A stretch of DNA of 64,000 nt from Trichormus sp. ATA11-4-KO1 (GCA_019358915.1 JAHHIM010000073.1:292003-356002), one strand, 5' to 3'. Shown: positions 30,565-41,766, counted from the first letter of the stretch. Notes: generated from the sequence alone by a model not told the origin. Made by a program: numbers and translations.

Positions 30565-32382
30565 TTATTTATAGCCTGCTGCTTGTAAATAAAATAACTT
30601 GGCATAGCGTCCGTCGGTTTGTAATAATTCTGCGTGAGTTCCTTGTTCTGTAACTTTTCCATCTTCGATGACTACGATTTTATCAGCCATTCTTACCGTC
30701 GAGAAGCGGTGGGAAATTAAGAATACCATCTGATTTTGGGTCAGGGTGCGAAAATGATTGAAAATATCAAATTCTGCTTGAGCATCCATTGCTGATGTGG
30801 GTTCATCTAAGACTAAAATATCTGCTTGAGTTCGCATAAATGCACGGGATAGGGCAATTTTCTGCCATTGTCCGCCAGAAAGTTCTTGTCCACTTTTGAA
30901 CCAACGACCAAGTTGAGTTTTAAAGTTTTGGGGCAATTTTTCAATGAAAGGTTGCGCCATGCCTTTTTCGGCGGCTATTTGCCAACGATTTTTATCTTCT
31001 AAATGTTCTACATCGCCTACGCCGATATTCTCGCCTACGGTGAACTGGTAACGCACAAAGTTCTGAAAAATCACCCCAATGCGTTGTCGCAACACGTCTA
31101 CATCCCATTCTTGCAAGTCCAAGCCATCTAAAAAAATTCGCCCAGATTCTGGGGTATAAAGTCGGGTAAGTAATTTAATTAAAGTCGTTTTACCGGAACC
31201 ATTTTCACCCACAATTGCTAGTTTTTCTCCTGGTTTTACATGCAGGGAAATATTTTCTAATGCGGGTTGAGAACTTCCAGGATAAGTAAACGATACGTTC
31301 TCAAAGCGGATACCATCTTGAGGATTAATCCCTCTGGTAGCATGACCCCAAGTTTTTGGGACTTCTTCCTCTAAAAAATCGTAGAGATTAGATAAATATA
31401 AGTTGTCTTCATACATTCCGCCAATGGAAGTTAGGGCATTAGAGAATGTAGACTGTCCTTGGCGAAACACGGTGAGATACATAGTCATATCCCCCAAGGA
31501 AATCCTACCTACCACTGTTTCCACTACTATCCACGCATAAGCTAAGTAAAAAGCAGCCGTACTCACTAAACTCAAAATATATCCCCAAAATCCCCGCCGC
31601 AAAGTTAAGTCCCTATCTTCGCCATAGAGTTGATCAAACAGGTTGCGGTAACGTTCTAGTAGAGTTTCACCTAGTTGATAAAGTTTGATTTCTGTGGCAA
31701 AGTCTTCTCTCGCTAAGAGATTTTCTATGTAGTGCTGTTGGCGGGTTTCTGGTGCGCGCCAACTAAATAGCCGAAAGGCTTGTCCAGCAAACTTAGTTTC
31801 AGCAATAAAGGCTGGTAAGGCTGCTAAAATTAGCACTATCACCGCCCAGACTGAGAAATTTACCAATAAAACGCCGTAGGTAACAAGAGAAAGGGCGTTT
31901 TGTCCTAACCCAAAGGTGCGACTTACTAAAGAAAGGGGACGCACTGATGCTTCTCGCCTAGCGTTGGTGAGTTTGTCATAAAATTCTGAGTCTTCAAATT
32001 GGGCGAGATCCAGTGTTAGCGCCTTTTCTAGAATTAGTACATTCACTTTTTGCCCAAGTAGCACTCGCAATAACGACTGACAAATAGAAATCCCGCGCTG
32101 ACTACCTGCCAACAAAGCGATCGCGATCGCTTCTAATCCCACATATAATAAAGGGCGAGAAATATCGCCATCACCAACTTGAGCAGCCAAAACCACCGCA
32201 TCCACAATTAACTTACCAATGTAGGCGATCGCTGCTGGTAAAAGACCCGCGACTAAAGTTAAAGTAGCAAGGAGAATGGTCAAGGTGCGGCTAGTATTCC
32301 ACACTAAGCTGATAGCACGACCGCTATAGCGAAAAACCGCGAGTGATTGGCGCAGAGTGTTTCGTCTTTTTTTGATCTTCAT
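30565..32382 (-). CDS. ABC exporter, fused permease/ATP-binding protein
   Basis: GENGSGKT, LSGGQWQK, LDEPT; start at MKIKKRR. Confidence 0.92.
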   Translation of the reverse strand: MKIKKRRNTLRQSLAVFRYSGRAISLVWNTSRTLTILLATLTLVAGLLPAAIAYIGKLIVDAVVLAAQVGDGDISRPLLYVGLEAIAIALLAGSQRGISICQSLLRVLLGQKVNVLILEKALTLDLAQFEDSEFYDKLTNARREASVRPLSLVSRTFGLGQNALSLVTYGVLLVNFSVWAVIVLILAALPAFIAETKFAGQAFRLFSWRAPETRQQHYIENLLAREDFATEIKLYQLGETLLERYRNLFDQLYGEDRDLTLRRGFWGYILSLVSTAAFYLAYAWIVVETVVGRISLGDMTMYLTVFRQGQSTFSNALTSIGGMYEDNLYLSNLYDFLEEEVPKTWGHATRGINPQDGIRFENVSFTYPGSSQPALENISLHVKPGEKLAIVGENGSGKTTLIKLLTRLYTPESGRIFLDGLDLQEWDVDVLRQRIGVIFQNFVRYQFTVGENIGVGDVEHLEDKNRWQIAAEKGMAQPFIEKLPQNFKTQLGRWFKSGQELSGGQWQKIALSRAFMRTQADILVLDEPTSAMDAQAEFDIFNHFRTLTQNQMVFLISHRFSTVRMADKIVVIEDGKVTEQGTHAELLQTDGRYAKLFYLQAAGYK

Positions 32383-32443
32383 TATTATTTTTATAGCGTG
32401 TAAGTAAGTTGGCGGAAGTAAAGCCCTGTGGGTGCGGTCTCTC

Positions 32444-32474
32444 GTAGAAAAGAGAGGACTAAAGTCCTCACTAC
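32444..32474. repeat. GTAG-type REP-like palindrome
   Basis: gtag..gaggact-aa-agtcctc-actac. Confidence 0.6.
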
Positions 32475-32702
32475 AAGCAGTAGTTAAATACAAATTATTT
32501 GCTGCTTAACAACAGCCATTTAACTAAAAATAATTAAACAGCGTGCAAATTATAAAAAACAGCATTGATTTCAGTTTTCAATAATCAGCCAAATGGTAGA
32601 AAGAAAATCTATCTTGCAAGAGATGTAAAAGTTTCACACATAGTTAAAAATAGTATAGACATTTGCAAACAATCTATCTTTTTTTATTTTTAGGTAAAAA
32701 CA

Positions 32703-33101
32703 ATGTGGGGAACATTTTTAACTATCCTAGGTACAGCCCTCAGTCTACTAATTGTGGATTTAGTAGTACCGGGTGTTAATCTTGCTAATTTTCCAGCTGC
32801 TTTGATTGCTGCTTTCGTAATTGGACTGATTAACGGTTCAGTGAAGCCGATTCTTTCTGCTCTTTCTTTACCGCTAAACTTTCTCACACTAGGCACATTT
32901 TCGCTTGTCGTCAATGGTTTGTGTTTCTGGTTAGCATCTGTGCTGGTTCCTGGATTTGCAGTTCGAGGAATTATCGCCTTTCTCCTTGGTCCAGTGATTT
33001 TATCTTTTGCTAACACCTTCATTAACAGATATTTTGCTGAAAGAAATCCTGCTCTAAGCAGTAGTGATGTAAATACCCAAGGTGAATTACCCTCTAGATA
33101 A
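32703..33101 (+). CDS. YvlD/phage-holin-4-like membrane protein
   Basis: GLINGSVKPIL..LPLNFLTLGTFSLVVNG. Confidence 0.85.
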   Translation: MWGTFLTILGTALSLLIVDLVVPGVNLANFPAALIAAFVIGLINGSVKPILSALSLPLNFLTLGTFSLVVNGLCFWLASVLVPGFAVRGIIAFLLGPVILSFANTFINRYFAERNPALSSSDVNTQGELPSR

Positions 33102-33234
33102 GTTCTAATGTGATGTGAGGAGAAACGCCAACCCTGAAAGCATATCGAATTTAGAGAATTCATCAGGTGGATTTTCTAATTCGATACCTTCACAAAAACA
33201 TAACTAATCAACGTCAAAAAATGGTCACAAAATT

Positions 33235-33426
33235 ATGAAAATAGTTCGCTTTCTTCTAGGTTTATTACTGCCTCCTTTAGGTGTTTTCCTAACAGTTGGT
33301 GTCGGTCCAACTTTATTAATTAACATTTTACTGACACTTTTAGGTTGGCTTCCCGGAAGTATTCATGCAATTTGGGTGATTGCTAAACACGAGGAAAGGA
33401 TGAATACAGAAAGACGTATTTACTAA
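33235..33426 (+). CDS. YqaE/Pmp3 membrane peptide
   Basis: LLPPLGVF..INILLTLLGWLPGSIHAIW. Confidence 0.92.
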   Translation: MKIVRFLLGLLLPPLGVFLTVGVGPTLLINILLTLLGWLPGSIHAIWVIAKHEERMNTERRIY

Positions 33427-33462
33427 AGTTGTTAGTGGGAATTAACATTTCTAAAAAAAGCA

Positions 33463-33492
33463 TAATAGGGTGAGAAATGTCTCACCCTATTA
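33463..33492. terminator. Bidirectional hairpin
   Basis: taatagggtgaga-aatg-tctcaccctatta between convergent genes. Confidence 0.75.
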
Positions 33493-33556
33493 CTTTTAGC
33501 ATGGTGTTGATTATTTAAAACTCTACTGATTTATACTCAGCACTCTAAAAAGCAGT

Positions 33557-34357
33557 TTATTTCTTAGTAAGCTCTTCATGCTGTTCAGCAGGTTCCTTAT
33601 CTTTGAACATGTCAGCTGCTGCTAGCAGTAACTCTCTCAAAGTTTGTTTAATCTGACGTTCTTTTTTAGCTATGGTTGAACCAGCTTCACCAAGTTTATC
33701 TTCTAACTGCGATCGCTTCTGTTCTACTTGTGTAACCACAGCTTCTGCTTGAGGACGGGCTTGATCATACCAGTTTTTGGCCTCGTCTATATAATCTCTG
33801 ACTTCATCGGTACGTCCACCGTAGCGTGCAGCTAAGTTAGCTCGCACAATAGCTAATTGTGCTTGTAATTGTGCGTAACGTTTCTTTAACAAGGAAACTT
33901 CTTCACTATTATTAATAGCATTGATAGCAGAGGCAATAGCATTTTTGGTTTCAGCAGATTTATCTTTACCTGTTTCTTCAATCTCTGCTAAGATGCCATC
34001 AACTTCTTGCTGGATTTGTGCTTCTTCGCTATCTAGTTGAGCTTGTAACTTTTTCAATTCTGCCTGAGTTTTCACGATAGCTTCGTGTCTTTTGCTATTA
34101 ACTCCTTCCAACGCACCTTCAATTGAAGCTGTCACTTCTTCTTTAATTTCTGTACCTTTATCTTGGAAGTTTTCAATCACAGCAGAAACCGCATCTTTCA
34201 CCAGAGAACGAATTTCACTGGAACCTTCTTTAAGTTCCGCACCTAGCTGAGAAACCGCAGCTTTAACAATTTCCCGAATTCGCTCAGTTCTTAATTGTCC
34301 GGTTTCTTTAGCTTGTCTCAGGTCTGTTTGAATTTTTTCTTTGATATTGCTAGCCAT
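33557..34357 (-). CDS. Conserved coiled-coil hypothetical protein
   Basis: E/K/A/Q-rich helical protein; LLKKRYAQLQAQLA. Confidence 0.75.
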   Translation of the reverse strand: MASNIKEKIQTDLRQAKETGQLRTERIREIVKAAVSQLGAELKEGSSEIRSLVKDAVSAVIENFQDKGTEIKEEVTASIEGALEGVNSKRHEAIVKTQAELKKLQAQLDSEEAQIQQEVDGILAEIEETGKDKSAETKNAIASAINAINNSEEVSLLKKRYAQLQAQLAIVRANLAARYGGRTDEVRDYIDEAKNWYDQARPQAEAVVTQVEQKRSQLEDKLGEAGSTIAKKERQIKQTLRELLLAAADMFKDKEPAEQHEELTKK

Positions 34358-34487
34358 TGTTGACTTTTCCTATTTAGCTAATTTGGATAAAAATTTCTAG
34401 ACAAGATATTCCATCTACATTATGACGTGGACTTTGAGAAACAGACACTTCCTTTAGATAGAAAATTGCTGAAGTTTACCGAAGAAA

Positions 34488-34666
34488 GGCAGATGGCAGA
34501 GGGCAGAAAATATAATTTTTGTCCTCTGCTAAAAGGGTTTAAAGCCCCTAAATTTATTGATGAAAAAAAGAAAAAATATGTATTTTGAGACCACAGCGCA
34601 AGAAATACTGCGTCCCTATTGAATCCCCTAAATTTATTTATGCGGTTTCCCTTCTGCCTTCTGCCT
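34488..34666. mobile_element. MITE-like composite repeat
   Basis: (ggcagar)n left and (ttctgcc)n right; internal cccctaaatttatt at 34545 and 34625. Confidence 0.6.
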
Positions 34667-34737
34667 CCTCAATACTACAACAGATGATGTGTAACCATTT
34701 ACCTATTTGTGAGATGATAGGTATTGATTGGTCGTAA

Positions 34738-34974
34738 ATGAGATTAACTATGTGGCGAGTAAATATTACTTGTTCCGGTGATGCTTGGAAACAACACGGT
34801 GCTAACTTTAAAATGATGTCAGATAAGTATCAAGGCGAATGTATTTCTTCTAAAAAAATGCCAAATGGAACGCGAATCATGGCATATAAAATAGAAGATG
34901 TCAGCGATGCTGAGGCTTTTCAGGAAGATTGTGCAAACTTAGCTGGATTTACAGCTGACTTTGAATCTTTGTAG
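34738..34974 (+). CDS. Small conserved hypothetical protein
   Basis: Intact ORF upstream of the cytochrome c6-like gene. Confidence 0.6.
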   Translation: MRLTMWRVNITCSGDAWKQHGANFKMMSDKYQGECISSKKMPNGTRIMAYKIEDVSDAEAFQEDCANLAGFTADFESL

Positions 34975-35006
34975 CATTGATTTATTTCAGCATCAGGAGA
35001 AATTAA

Positions 35007-35339
35007 GTGAAAAAAATACTAACATTGTTAGTGACTATCTTCGTATTAATAAATAATTTTACTTTGCCTGCGATCGCAGCAGATATAAATAATGGCGCAC
35101 AAGTGTTTAGCGTTCATTGTGCTGGTTGTCATATCAACGGCAGTAATATTATTAGGCGAGGTAAGAACCTCAAAAAGCAAGCACTCACAAAATATGGGAT
35201 GGATTCAATAGAGGCAGTTACATCTATAGTTACCAATGGTAAAAATAATATGTCAGCCTACAAAGACCGTCTCACAGAACAGCAAATTCAAGATGTTGCT
35301 GCTTATGTTCTCGAACAAGCTGAGATGGGTTGGCGTTAG
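35007..35339 (+). CDS. petJ: Cytochrome c6-like protein (c6BC type)
   Basis: Signal peptide, CAGCH, IVTNGKNNMSAY. Confidence 0.88.
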   Translation: MKKILTLLVTIFVLINNFTLPAIAADINNGAQVFSVHCAGCHINGSNIIRRGKNLKKQALTKYGMDSIEAVTSIVTNGKNNMSAYKDRLTEQQIQDVAAYVLEQAEMGWR

Positions 35340-35358
35340 CTAATTAGAAAATAAAAAT

Positions 35359-36378
35359 ATGCTACTACCAAGAGAAAGTCGTCTGCAATTTACTCCCGAT
35401 TTAAATATCTGCCGGGTATTAAATGGGATGTGGCAAGTTTCTGGGGGACATGGACGCATTAACCCGAAAGTTGCCATTGAAACTATGTTCCAATATGTGG
35501 ATGCAGGTTTTACCACTTGGGATTTAGCCGACCATTATGGACCCGCAGAAGATTTTATTGGCGAGTTTCGCCGTCAATTAATTGCTCAGCGTGGTCAAGA
35601 GGCTTTAAATAATATCCAAGCCTTCACAAAATGGGTACCTCGTCCTGGCAAAATGACAAAAAAACTAGTAGAGGAAAATATCAATATCTCCTTGAGAAGG
35701 ATGAATGTAGAATCCTTAGATTTAATGCAATTTCACTGGTGGGAATATCAAGATAAAAATTACCTCGATGCCCTCAAATATATGGCAGAATTGCAAACTG
35801 AGGGAAAAATTAAGCATTTAGCTTTGACTAACTTTGATACAGAACATTTGCAAATTATTATTGCAGCAGGTATCAAAATTGTTTCTAACCAGGTACAATT
35901 TTCTTTAGTTGATCGCCGTCCCGAAGTAAATATGGTGCAGTTCTGTCAACAGCACGATATCAAACTGTTTACTTACGGTTCAGTTTGCGGTGGTTTATTA
36001 TCAGAAAAGTATTTGGGAAAACCAGAACCGCGAAGTACTGATTTAAGCACAGTTAGCTTAAGAAAATATAAGAATATGATAGATGCTTGGGGTGGTTGGC
36101 AATTATTTCAAGAGTTGCTGTCTACACTCAAACAAATTGCTGATAAACATCAAGTCAGTATTGCCAATGTGGCAGTGCGTTACATTTTAGACCAGCCAGC
36201 CGTGGGAGGTGTAATAGTAGGTGCAAGACTTGGTGTATCTGAACATATCCAAGATAACACCAAAGTATTTAGTTTTACACTAGATGCAGCAGATCGCGAT
36301 CGCATCAATTCTATATCTCGCCAGTCACGAGATTTATATCAGTTAATTGGTGATTGTGGCGACGAATATCGCCGTTGA
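35359..36378 (+). CDS. Aldo/keto reductase
   Basis: GMWQ, DLADHYG, LDLMQFHWW, GDCGDEYR. Confidence 0.92.
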   Translation: MLLPRESRLQFTPDLNICRVLNGMWQVSGGHGRINPKVAIETMFQYVDAGFTTWDLADHYGPAEDFIGEFRRQLIAQRGQEALNNIQAFTKWVPRPGKMTKKLVEENINISLRRMNVESLDLMQFHWWEYQDKNYLDALKYMAELQTEGKIKHLALTNFDTEHLQIIIAAGIKIVSNQVQFSLVDRRPEVNMVQFCQQHDIKLFTYGSVCGGLLSEKYLGKPEPRSTDLSTVSLRKYKNMIDAWGGWQLFQELLSTLKQIADKHQVSIANVAVRYILDQPAVGGVIVGARLGVSEHIQDNTKVFSFTLDAADRDRINSISRQSRDLYQLIGDCGDEYRR

Positions 36379-36388
36379 TAGTTAGTTT

Positions 36389-36880
36389 ATGCCTGTTAAA
36401 GGAGCAGTTTCTAGTATGCAATCTAGCACTACCCCCAAAACCACCCTTGTGGCCGGAAATTTGCGTCGTGTGCATCATATTGCCCTTAATGTCCAAGATA
36501 TGCAAGCTTCTCGGTACTTTTACGGCACTATTTTAGGTTTGCACGAACTCACAGGCGATGAAGTCCCTACAACCCTAGCTGAACTTGTCGCCACAGGAAA
36601 AGTCGCTAACTTCGTTACCCCCGATGGCATAATTCTGGATTTATTTTGGGAACCGGAATTATCACCACCAGATCCCAATCCAGAAAGGACATTCACCAGA
36701 GCATATCACCTCGCCTTTGATATAGATCCGCGATTATTTGAGCAAGCAGTGGCAGTACTCAGAGAAAATCAAATAGCGATCACTCATGGTCCAGTTACCC
36801 GTCCGACTGGTCAAGGTGTATACTTCTATGATCCGGATGGCTTGATGATTGAAATTCGTTGCGATCCCATCACGACTTAA
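36389..36880 (+). CDS. VOC/glyoxalase-family protein
   Basis: VHHIALNV, HLAFD, YFYDPDGLMIE. Confidence 0.9.
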   Translation: MPVKGAVSSMQSSTTPKTTLVAGNLRRVHHIALNVQDMQASRYFYGTILGLHELTGDEVPTTLAELVATGKVANFVTPDGIILDLFWEPELSPPDPNPERTFTRAYHLAFDIDPRLFEQAVAVLRENQIAITHGPVTRPTGQGVYFYDPDGLMIEIRCDPITT

Positions 36881-36972
36881 GTATGGTAGTTGCCAGGTAG
36901 CTGAAAAAATAAACTGACCACCAAACCCGTCTGTAACCTATAAACCATAACCTGCTCCCTGCTGAGAAACCA

Positions 36973-37251
36973 ATGCAGATATTTCAAGTCATTGAAGAAA
37001 CAATCACAAAACCACCAATTCCCCACGAACCACAAAAGCAATCTTTAAAAGCTTGGGCAATGTATTGCTTACGAGACAAGGGTTTTAAAGTAGTTTATGC
37101 CCAAAATGCCGACTTTGCCATTGAACCTAAAGGCAAAGATAAGCTTTATTTTAAAGTTACCAATCATCCAGAGGATGTAGACAATTCTTGCGGCTGGATA
37201 GTCTGGGATAGTGCAACCAAAAGCGCCAGCCTCATTCCACCTAAATCTTAG
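36973..37251 (+). CDS. Conserved hypothetical protein
   Basis: SLKAWAMYCLRDKGFKV; intact ORF. Confidence 0.7.
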   Translation: MQIFQVIEETITKPPIPHEPQKQSLKAWAMYCLRDKGFKVVYAQNADFAIEPKGKDKLYFKVTNHPEDVDNSCGWIVWDSATKSASLIPPKS

Positions 37252-37281
37252 AGAATGTTTGTAAAGTATCCATTCATCTTA

Positions 37282-37423
37282 CTCAGTGCTGAGTGCTGAG
37301 TCAAAAGAAGAAGAAGGAAGGACTTTCGCACTCGGTACAAGCCCCGTCCCTTGTGGTCACTGAGCCTTGCCGAAGTGTGGGCGGTTTTTTAACTCAGCAC
37401 TCAGCACTTTTAACTCAGCACTC
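37282..37423. repeat. Inverted STRR arms with nested short repeats
   Basis: (tgctgag)n .. aagccccgtcccttgtg[gtcactgagccttgccgaagtg]tgggcgg .. (ctcagca)n. Confidence 0.7.
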
Positions 37424-37445
37424 TTCATTTACACTGCATTCACTG

Positions 37446-38693
37446 TTACTGCACTTGCTGAGTAGGGAAAGCACCAGTTCGCACAGCTAAATTCACATTT
37501 TGTCCATTGCGACGTAACTCTAGGCGCAAATCTCCCCCAACTTGGGTATTTTCTACTGCCTTTTGTACACTGCTGGCATCGGTGACTGATTGACCGTTCA
37601 GCTTTTGAATCACATCACCAGCACGGAGACCTGCTCTAGCTGCTGGTGAATTGGGCATCACTCGCACAACTAAGACACCTTTATCTTCATTGACAGTGAC
37701 ACCGCTATTCGGATCTGAGTTGAGGCTTTGCTTGATTTGAGGCGTTAATCCTATCATCTGAATGCCCAGATAGGGATGCTGCACTTTACCTGTAGCAATT
37801 AGTTGAGTGGAAATCCGTTGCGCTGTGTTGATGGGAATAGCAAAGCCTAATCCTTGGGCCCTTTGGATAATGGCTGTATTCATCCCAATAACTTCGCCAC
37901 GTTCGTTTAACAAGGGGCCACCAGAGTTACCAGGATTAATCGCCGCGTCGGTTTGAATAAATTCCACTCGCTTATCAGGAGCGCCAATGAGATTACTGCT
38001 GCGTCCAGTGGCACTGATGATGCCAGTGGTGACTGTATTATCTAATCCTAGGGGGTTACCGATCGCGATCGCCCATTCTCCCGGTTGCAGTTGGTCTGAG
38101 TTACCTACTGTTACCGTTGGTAGATTGTTGGCCTGAATCTTGATGACTGCCACATCTGTTAATTCGTCGCTCCCCATTACCTTACCTTGGAAGCTCCGCC
38201 CATCGTTCAGTATGACTCTCACTGTATCTGCCCCAGCAACCACGTGGGCATTAGTGAGAATACTACCATCTTGACTCAGGATAAAACCGGAACCAGTGCC
38301 TCGTTGTACCCGGTTTTGTTGTTCTGGTAGAGAGCCAAAGAAACGGCGAAAAAACGGGTCGTTATATAATTCAGGTGGTACCCGACTGGCTACAGTCCGG
38401 GAAGATTCAATTCGCACCACGGCTGGCCCGACCTTTTGCACCACCTGGGTAACAAAGTTAGAACCTGTGGCGTTTGGTAATGGAGAAGCAGCATTGACTC
38501 GACTGACTGCTAAGTTAGATGCTCTCTCAGACACTTGCTGAGGGTTACCAGCTAAATAGCCTCCTGCTAATGTCATACCTGATCCCAGCAGCACAAGTGA
38601 TAGAGAGGCAGCTGCCTTTTTCCAGGGTGCTTGATTTTGGGATTTGGCGTTAGCTGTTAATGGGTGTTCTCCGTCGTGTACTTGCTTGTTCAT
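37446..38693 (-). CDS. HtrA/HhoA/HhoB serine protease with PDZ
   Basis: TNAHVV, DVAVIK, GNSGGPL, C-terminal PDZ. Confidence 0.95.
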   Translation of the reverse strand: MNKQVHDGEHPLTANAKSQNQAPWKKAAASLSLVLLGSGMTLAGGYLAGNPQQVSERASNLAVSRVNAASPLPNATGSNFVTQVVQKVGPAVVRIESSRTVASRVPPELYNDPFFRRFFGSLPEQQNRVQRGTGSGFILSQDGSILTNAHVVAGADTVRVILNDGRSFQGKVMGSDELTDVAVIKIQANNLPTVTVGNSDQLQPGEWAIAIGNPLGLDNTVTTGIISATGRSSNLIGAPDKRVEFIQTDAAINPGNSGGPLLNERGEVIGMNTAIIQRAQGLGFAIPINTAQRISTQLIATGKVQHPYLGIQMIGLTPQIKQSLNSDPNSGVTVNEDKGVLVVRVMPNSPAARAGLRAGDVIQKLNGQSVTDASSVQKAVENTQVGGDLRLELRRNGQNVNLAVRTGAFPTQQVQ

Positions 38694-38853
38694 TGCTGTT
38701 TGAAAAAATATTTTAGATGTATTACTAATAATGTAGATATTATTTGTGACGGTTTTGTTGCAAAGGTATTGCTTAGCTGTGAAAACTTTGCTATTTTGCG
38801 CCGTTTTCAGCTTCTCAAGTAAATTAACGTCATCTCAATCAGGATTTACGCTA

Positions 38854-38888
38854 GAAAAGTCCTGTAGGTGGACACCAGCAGGACTTTT
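38854..38888 (-). terminator. Terminator after the trpC-like gene
   Basis: aaaagtcctg..caggactttt. Confidence 0.65.
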
Positions 38889-38909
38889 TCCGAGTCAGTT
38901 TCAATTTGT

Positions 38910-39749
38910 CTACTCACGTTTAATCAGACAACGCACAGCCAGTTCTATATCCTCTTGTTTAATTAACGATTCTCCCACTAAAACTGCATGTGTACCCGCC
39001 TCAGCCACCAGAGATAAATCAGCATGTGTATACAATCCAGACTCACTAACAACGACCACACCTAAGTTTTGCAACTGCGATCGCCTAGCTGCCATTAGTC
39101 TTTGGGTAGTGGTGAGATCGATGGTAAAATCTTCCAGACTCAGGTTGTTAATTCCGACTAAGCGGATATCATCAAGCTTGAGTACCCGGTCTAGTTCATT
39201 TAAGTTATGGACTTCCACTAAAGCATTCATCCCTAAATAATGAATTACTCGCAGAAAGTCCTGAAGTTCTCGATCTGTGAGAATGGCGGCAATTAGTAGT
39301 ACAGCATCTGCTCCTGCTGCTCGTGCTAAATAGATTTGGCACGGATCAATAATAAATTCTTTACACAACAAGGGCAATGCTACTCGCTGGCGGATGGCAC
39401 GCAGAATCTCAAAACTGCCGTGAAAAAATGCTGTTTCTGTGAAGACAGATAAACAAGCTGCACCACCTCGCTCATATGCTTTGGCGATCGCTATGGGGTC
39501 AAAATCTGCTCGAATCACACCATGGATTGGTGATGCCTTCTGTACTTCTGCAATTAGTCCAGGTTGGTAAGGACTTTGTTGCAAGGCTGTCAAAAAATCT
39601 CGCACAGTCGGTGCAGCACTCAACTGGCGTTGCAAAGAAGCCAAAGACATCTGTTGGTGCATCTGTGCTACTTCTTGCTTTTTATGCCAGACAATCTCTC
39701 TGAGAACGGGTTGCAAACGGGTATTAACAGTAGTAAGTGGGTAAATCAT
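38910..39749 (-). CDS. trpC: Indole-3-glycerol-phosphate synthase paralogue (divergent)
   Basis: [37 protein letters not shown]. Confidence 0.85.
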   Translation of the reverse strand: MIYPLTTVNTRLQPVLREIVWHKKQEVAQMHQQMSLASLQRQLSAAPTVRDFLTALQQSPYQPGLIAEVQKASPIHGVIRADFDPIAIAKAYERGGAACLSVFTETAFFHGSFEILRAIRQRVALPLLCKEFIIDPCQIYLARAAGADAVLLIAAILTDRELQDFLRVIHYLGMNALVEVHNLNELDRVLKLDDIRLVGINNLSLEDFTIDLTTTQRLMAARRSQLQNLGVVVVSESGLYTHADLSLVAEAGTHAVLVGESLIKQEDIELAVRCLIKRE

Positions 39750-39818
39750 TAGCTGCTCTGTATCTGGAGATGGGGTGACTCAGAAAGTATCAAATATCAA
39801 ATCTCGTTCCTCATGTTT

Positions 39819-40091
39819 TCAGAGTCGAATCCAGTTTGAGTTCATGTCAAACACTTCTTTACTATCAGTGTCTCTAGACTTTGAGTTTTCCACTAAGCAG
39901 TTATTTTTGAGCAGTCGAATATAGGTGCGGTAGGGGATGTAATCTATCGGGTTATAACCAGAGAACCGGAGAATTAACACACATGCCCAGGAATACTTGC
40001 CGGCAATAATTGCTTTGATAATCTGTTCAATTTGTTCTGTGTTAATTTTTTTAACGGTTTGTGTATTACAACTAGCATTGGTTTGATGCAT
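39819..40091 (-). CDS. HetP-family heterocyst commitment protein
   Basis: [39 protein letters not shown]. Confidence 0.9.
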   Translation of the reverse strand: MHQTNASCNTQTVKKINTEQIEQIIKAIIAGKYSWACVLILRFSGYNPIDYIPYRTYIRLLKNNCLVENSKSRDTDSKEVFDMNSNWIRL

Positions 40092-41766
40092 CGCTTTCCC
40101 TCTTTTTTATTGAAAGTCTTAAGTTGTAGATGTGGGACTGATTCAATTCGGGTTTGATGTTTTTGATCTAAAATCTCAAATCATGGGAATTTGCTTTTGG
40201 AGTAGTGGCAGAAATGTTACGCCATCTCTTGACGTTCCGATCTCAACAACAAAAATTTGACAACATAGCATCAGTTAATCAGTACATAACACTGATTCAG
40301 TCAATATCGGCTAGTACGTCATGGAGAAAGCATGAAAAATGATGACAAACTGGTTTTGAAAATAGGGGTGAGTTTAACCAGCCAGCATTTTTATCTGCCT
40401 AATAAATATCTAGTTAAATCAGCCCCTACAGATAAACCGTGTTGCAGAAGCAGCTTCTTTTTTAAGCCTACTCAATTTTTAGCAACAGATATATGATCGA
40501 TTTTTTGATAGACTTATCTGTTTTTTCGCTCTTACAATTTATTGATTCTCTTTCACTGTAATGCCTGCTCTTCAGATAACCTCCAGGCACAACAAATTAT
40601 ACCAAATTAAATTTGGTCAAATAAAAAGGGCATAGTAAAAAATATTTTTTTATTTTGGTATTTTTATGCATAGCTCCTTTATTTTCCGATAACATGCCAG
40701 AGATTTGAGCTTGACGATGTATCCCATATTGCCATTGAAAACAGAATTATATCTGAAGCAGGTTAATTTATTTTAAAGAGGATTAGAGGAAAGACCAAAT
40801 AATTAAAGATGTGCTGCAAATCACAAAAATAGGGTAATCATGGACGTTTTGTAAATGCCAAATATTTTAACTGGTATAATCCTTGCAATACTTCACCAGC
40901 AAAGCAGAGGAATTTACACCTTTCGATAGTTGATAATTGTGATGCTTAAATAGCTCAATCTTTTTGAGGTAAAATTTAATACTTATATTTTTATAAATAA
41001 CTAGATTACTGATTTGAAAACTAGGCAATATCTGGCTGACAAAAACTGTCTCCATTCAGTCTGTAGCATACTGGTCATGTATGGAAATCATTATTTTGTT
41101 ACCAAATACTACTGAAGTTAAGATTTTTGTATTTATAGACACATTTATTTTTAACATTTTCTATTTCTTTTGAGAGATGTTCTAGCAACACGGACGTGTG
41201 TGTAAAAAAAGGTATATCTTACGACAGATGACTCAGCATCTTATTCTATAGTTAGATCCTGAAAGAGTAAATTATCAAAAATTAAATTTAGAAATAATAA
41301 ATTGACTATTAAACCTCAAACTTTTATCGCAAAAGCATCTAAGTTCTATTTTAGAGAAGAGAATAGTAATATTTTGAATTAAAGTTATATATAGATAGTT
41401 TAAAATTATTTAATTACACTGACAATTAAACTATATTTATTTAAAGTTTAAAAATAGTTATTTTTGATAAATATCCTAATTTATGCTGTTTAATAACTCA
41501 TTGTGTGAGTTATTAATATAATTTTTATTTGTTTATGAAAACTGCTTAATTTTACAGAAAAAACATATTATTTATTTATGTAAATAAGTTTAAAGTGTTT
41601 ACTCTTTAATTGGTAAAATCAAGTTAATAACATACTGATTTTAAATTATTGCTAATTTTAATTTGTTATTGCCAGAGCGTTGAGTAATCAAGACTTTGAG
41701 AAAGTTAGTGATTATCTGCTCATTACTGGCTCGATTGCCAACTTATAGGAAGGAGCAAGTAAGGAT

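Noticed and set aside
32703..33101. Prophage suggested by the holin-like gene
   Set aside because: No other phage genes; YvlD-like genes are common chromosomal genes
37293..37490. 65-aa ORF (also 20398-20619 and 54694-54918)
   Set aside because: Translations of repeats or MITEs
40092..40460. HetR (GGG-N5-CCC) or NtcA box upstream of the hetP-like gene
   Set aside because: No convincing match by eye
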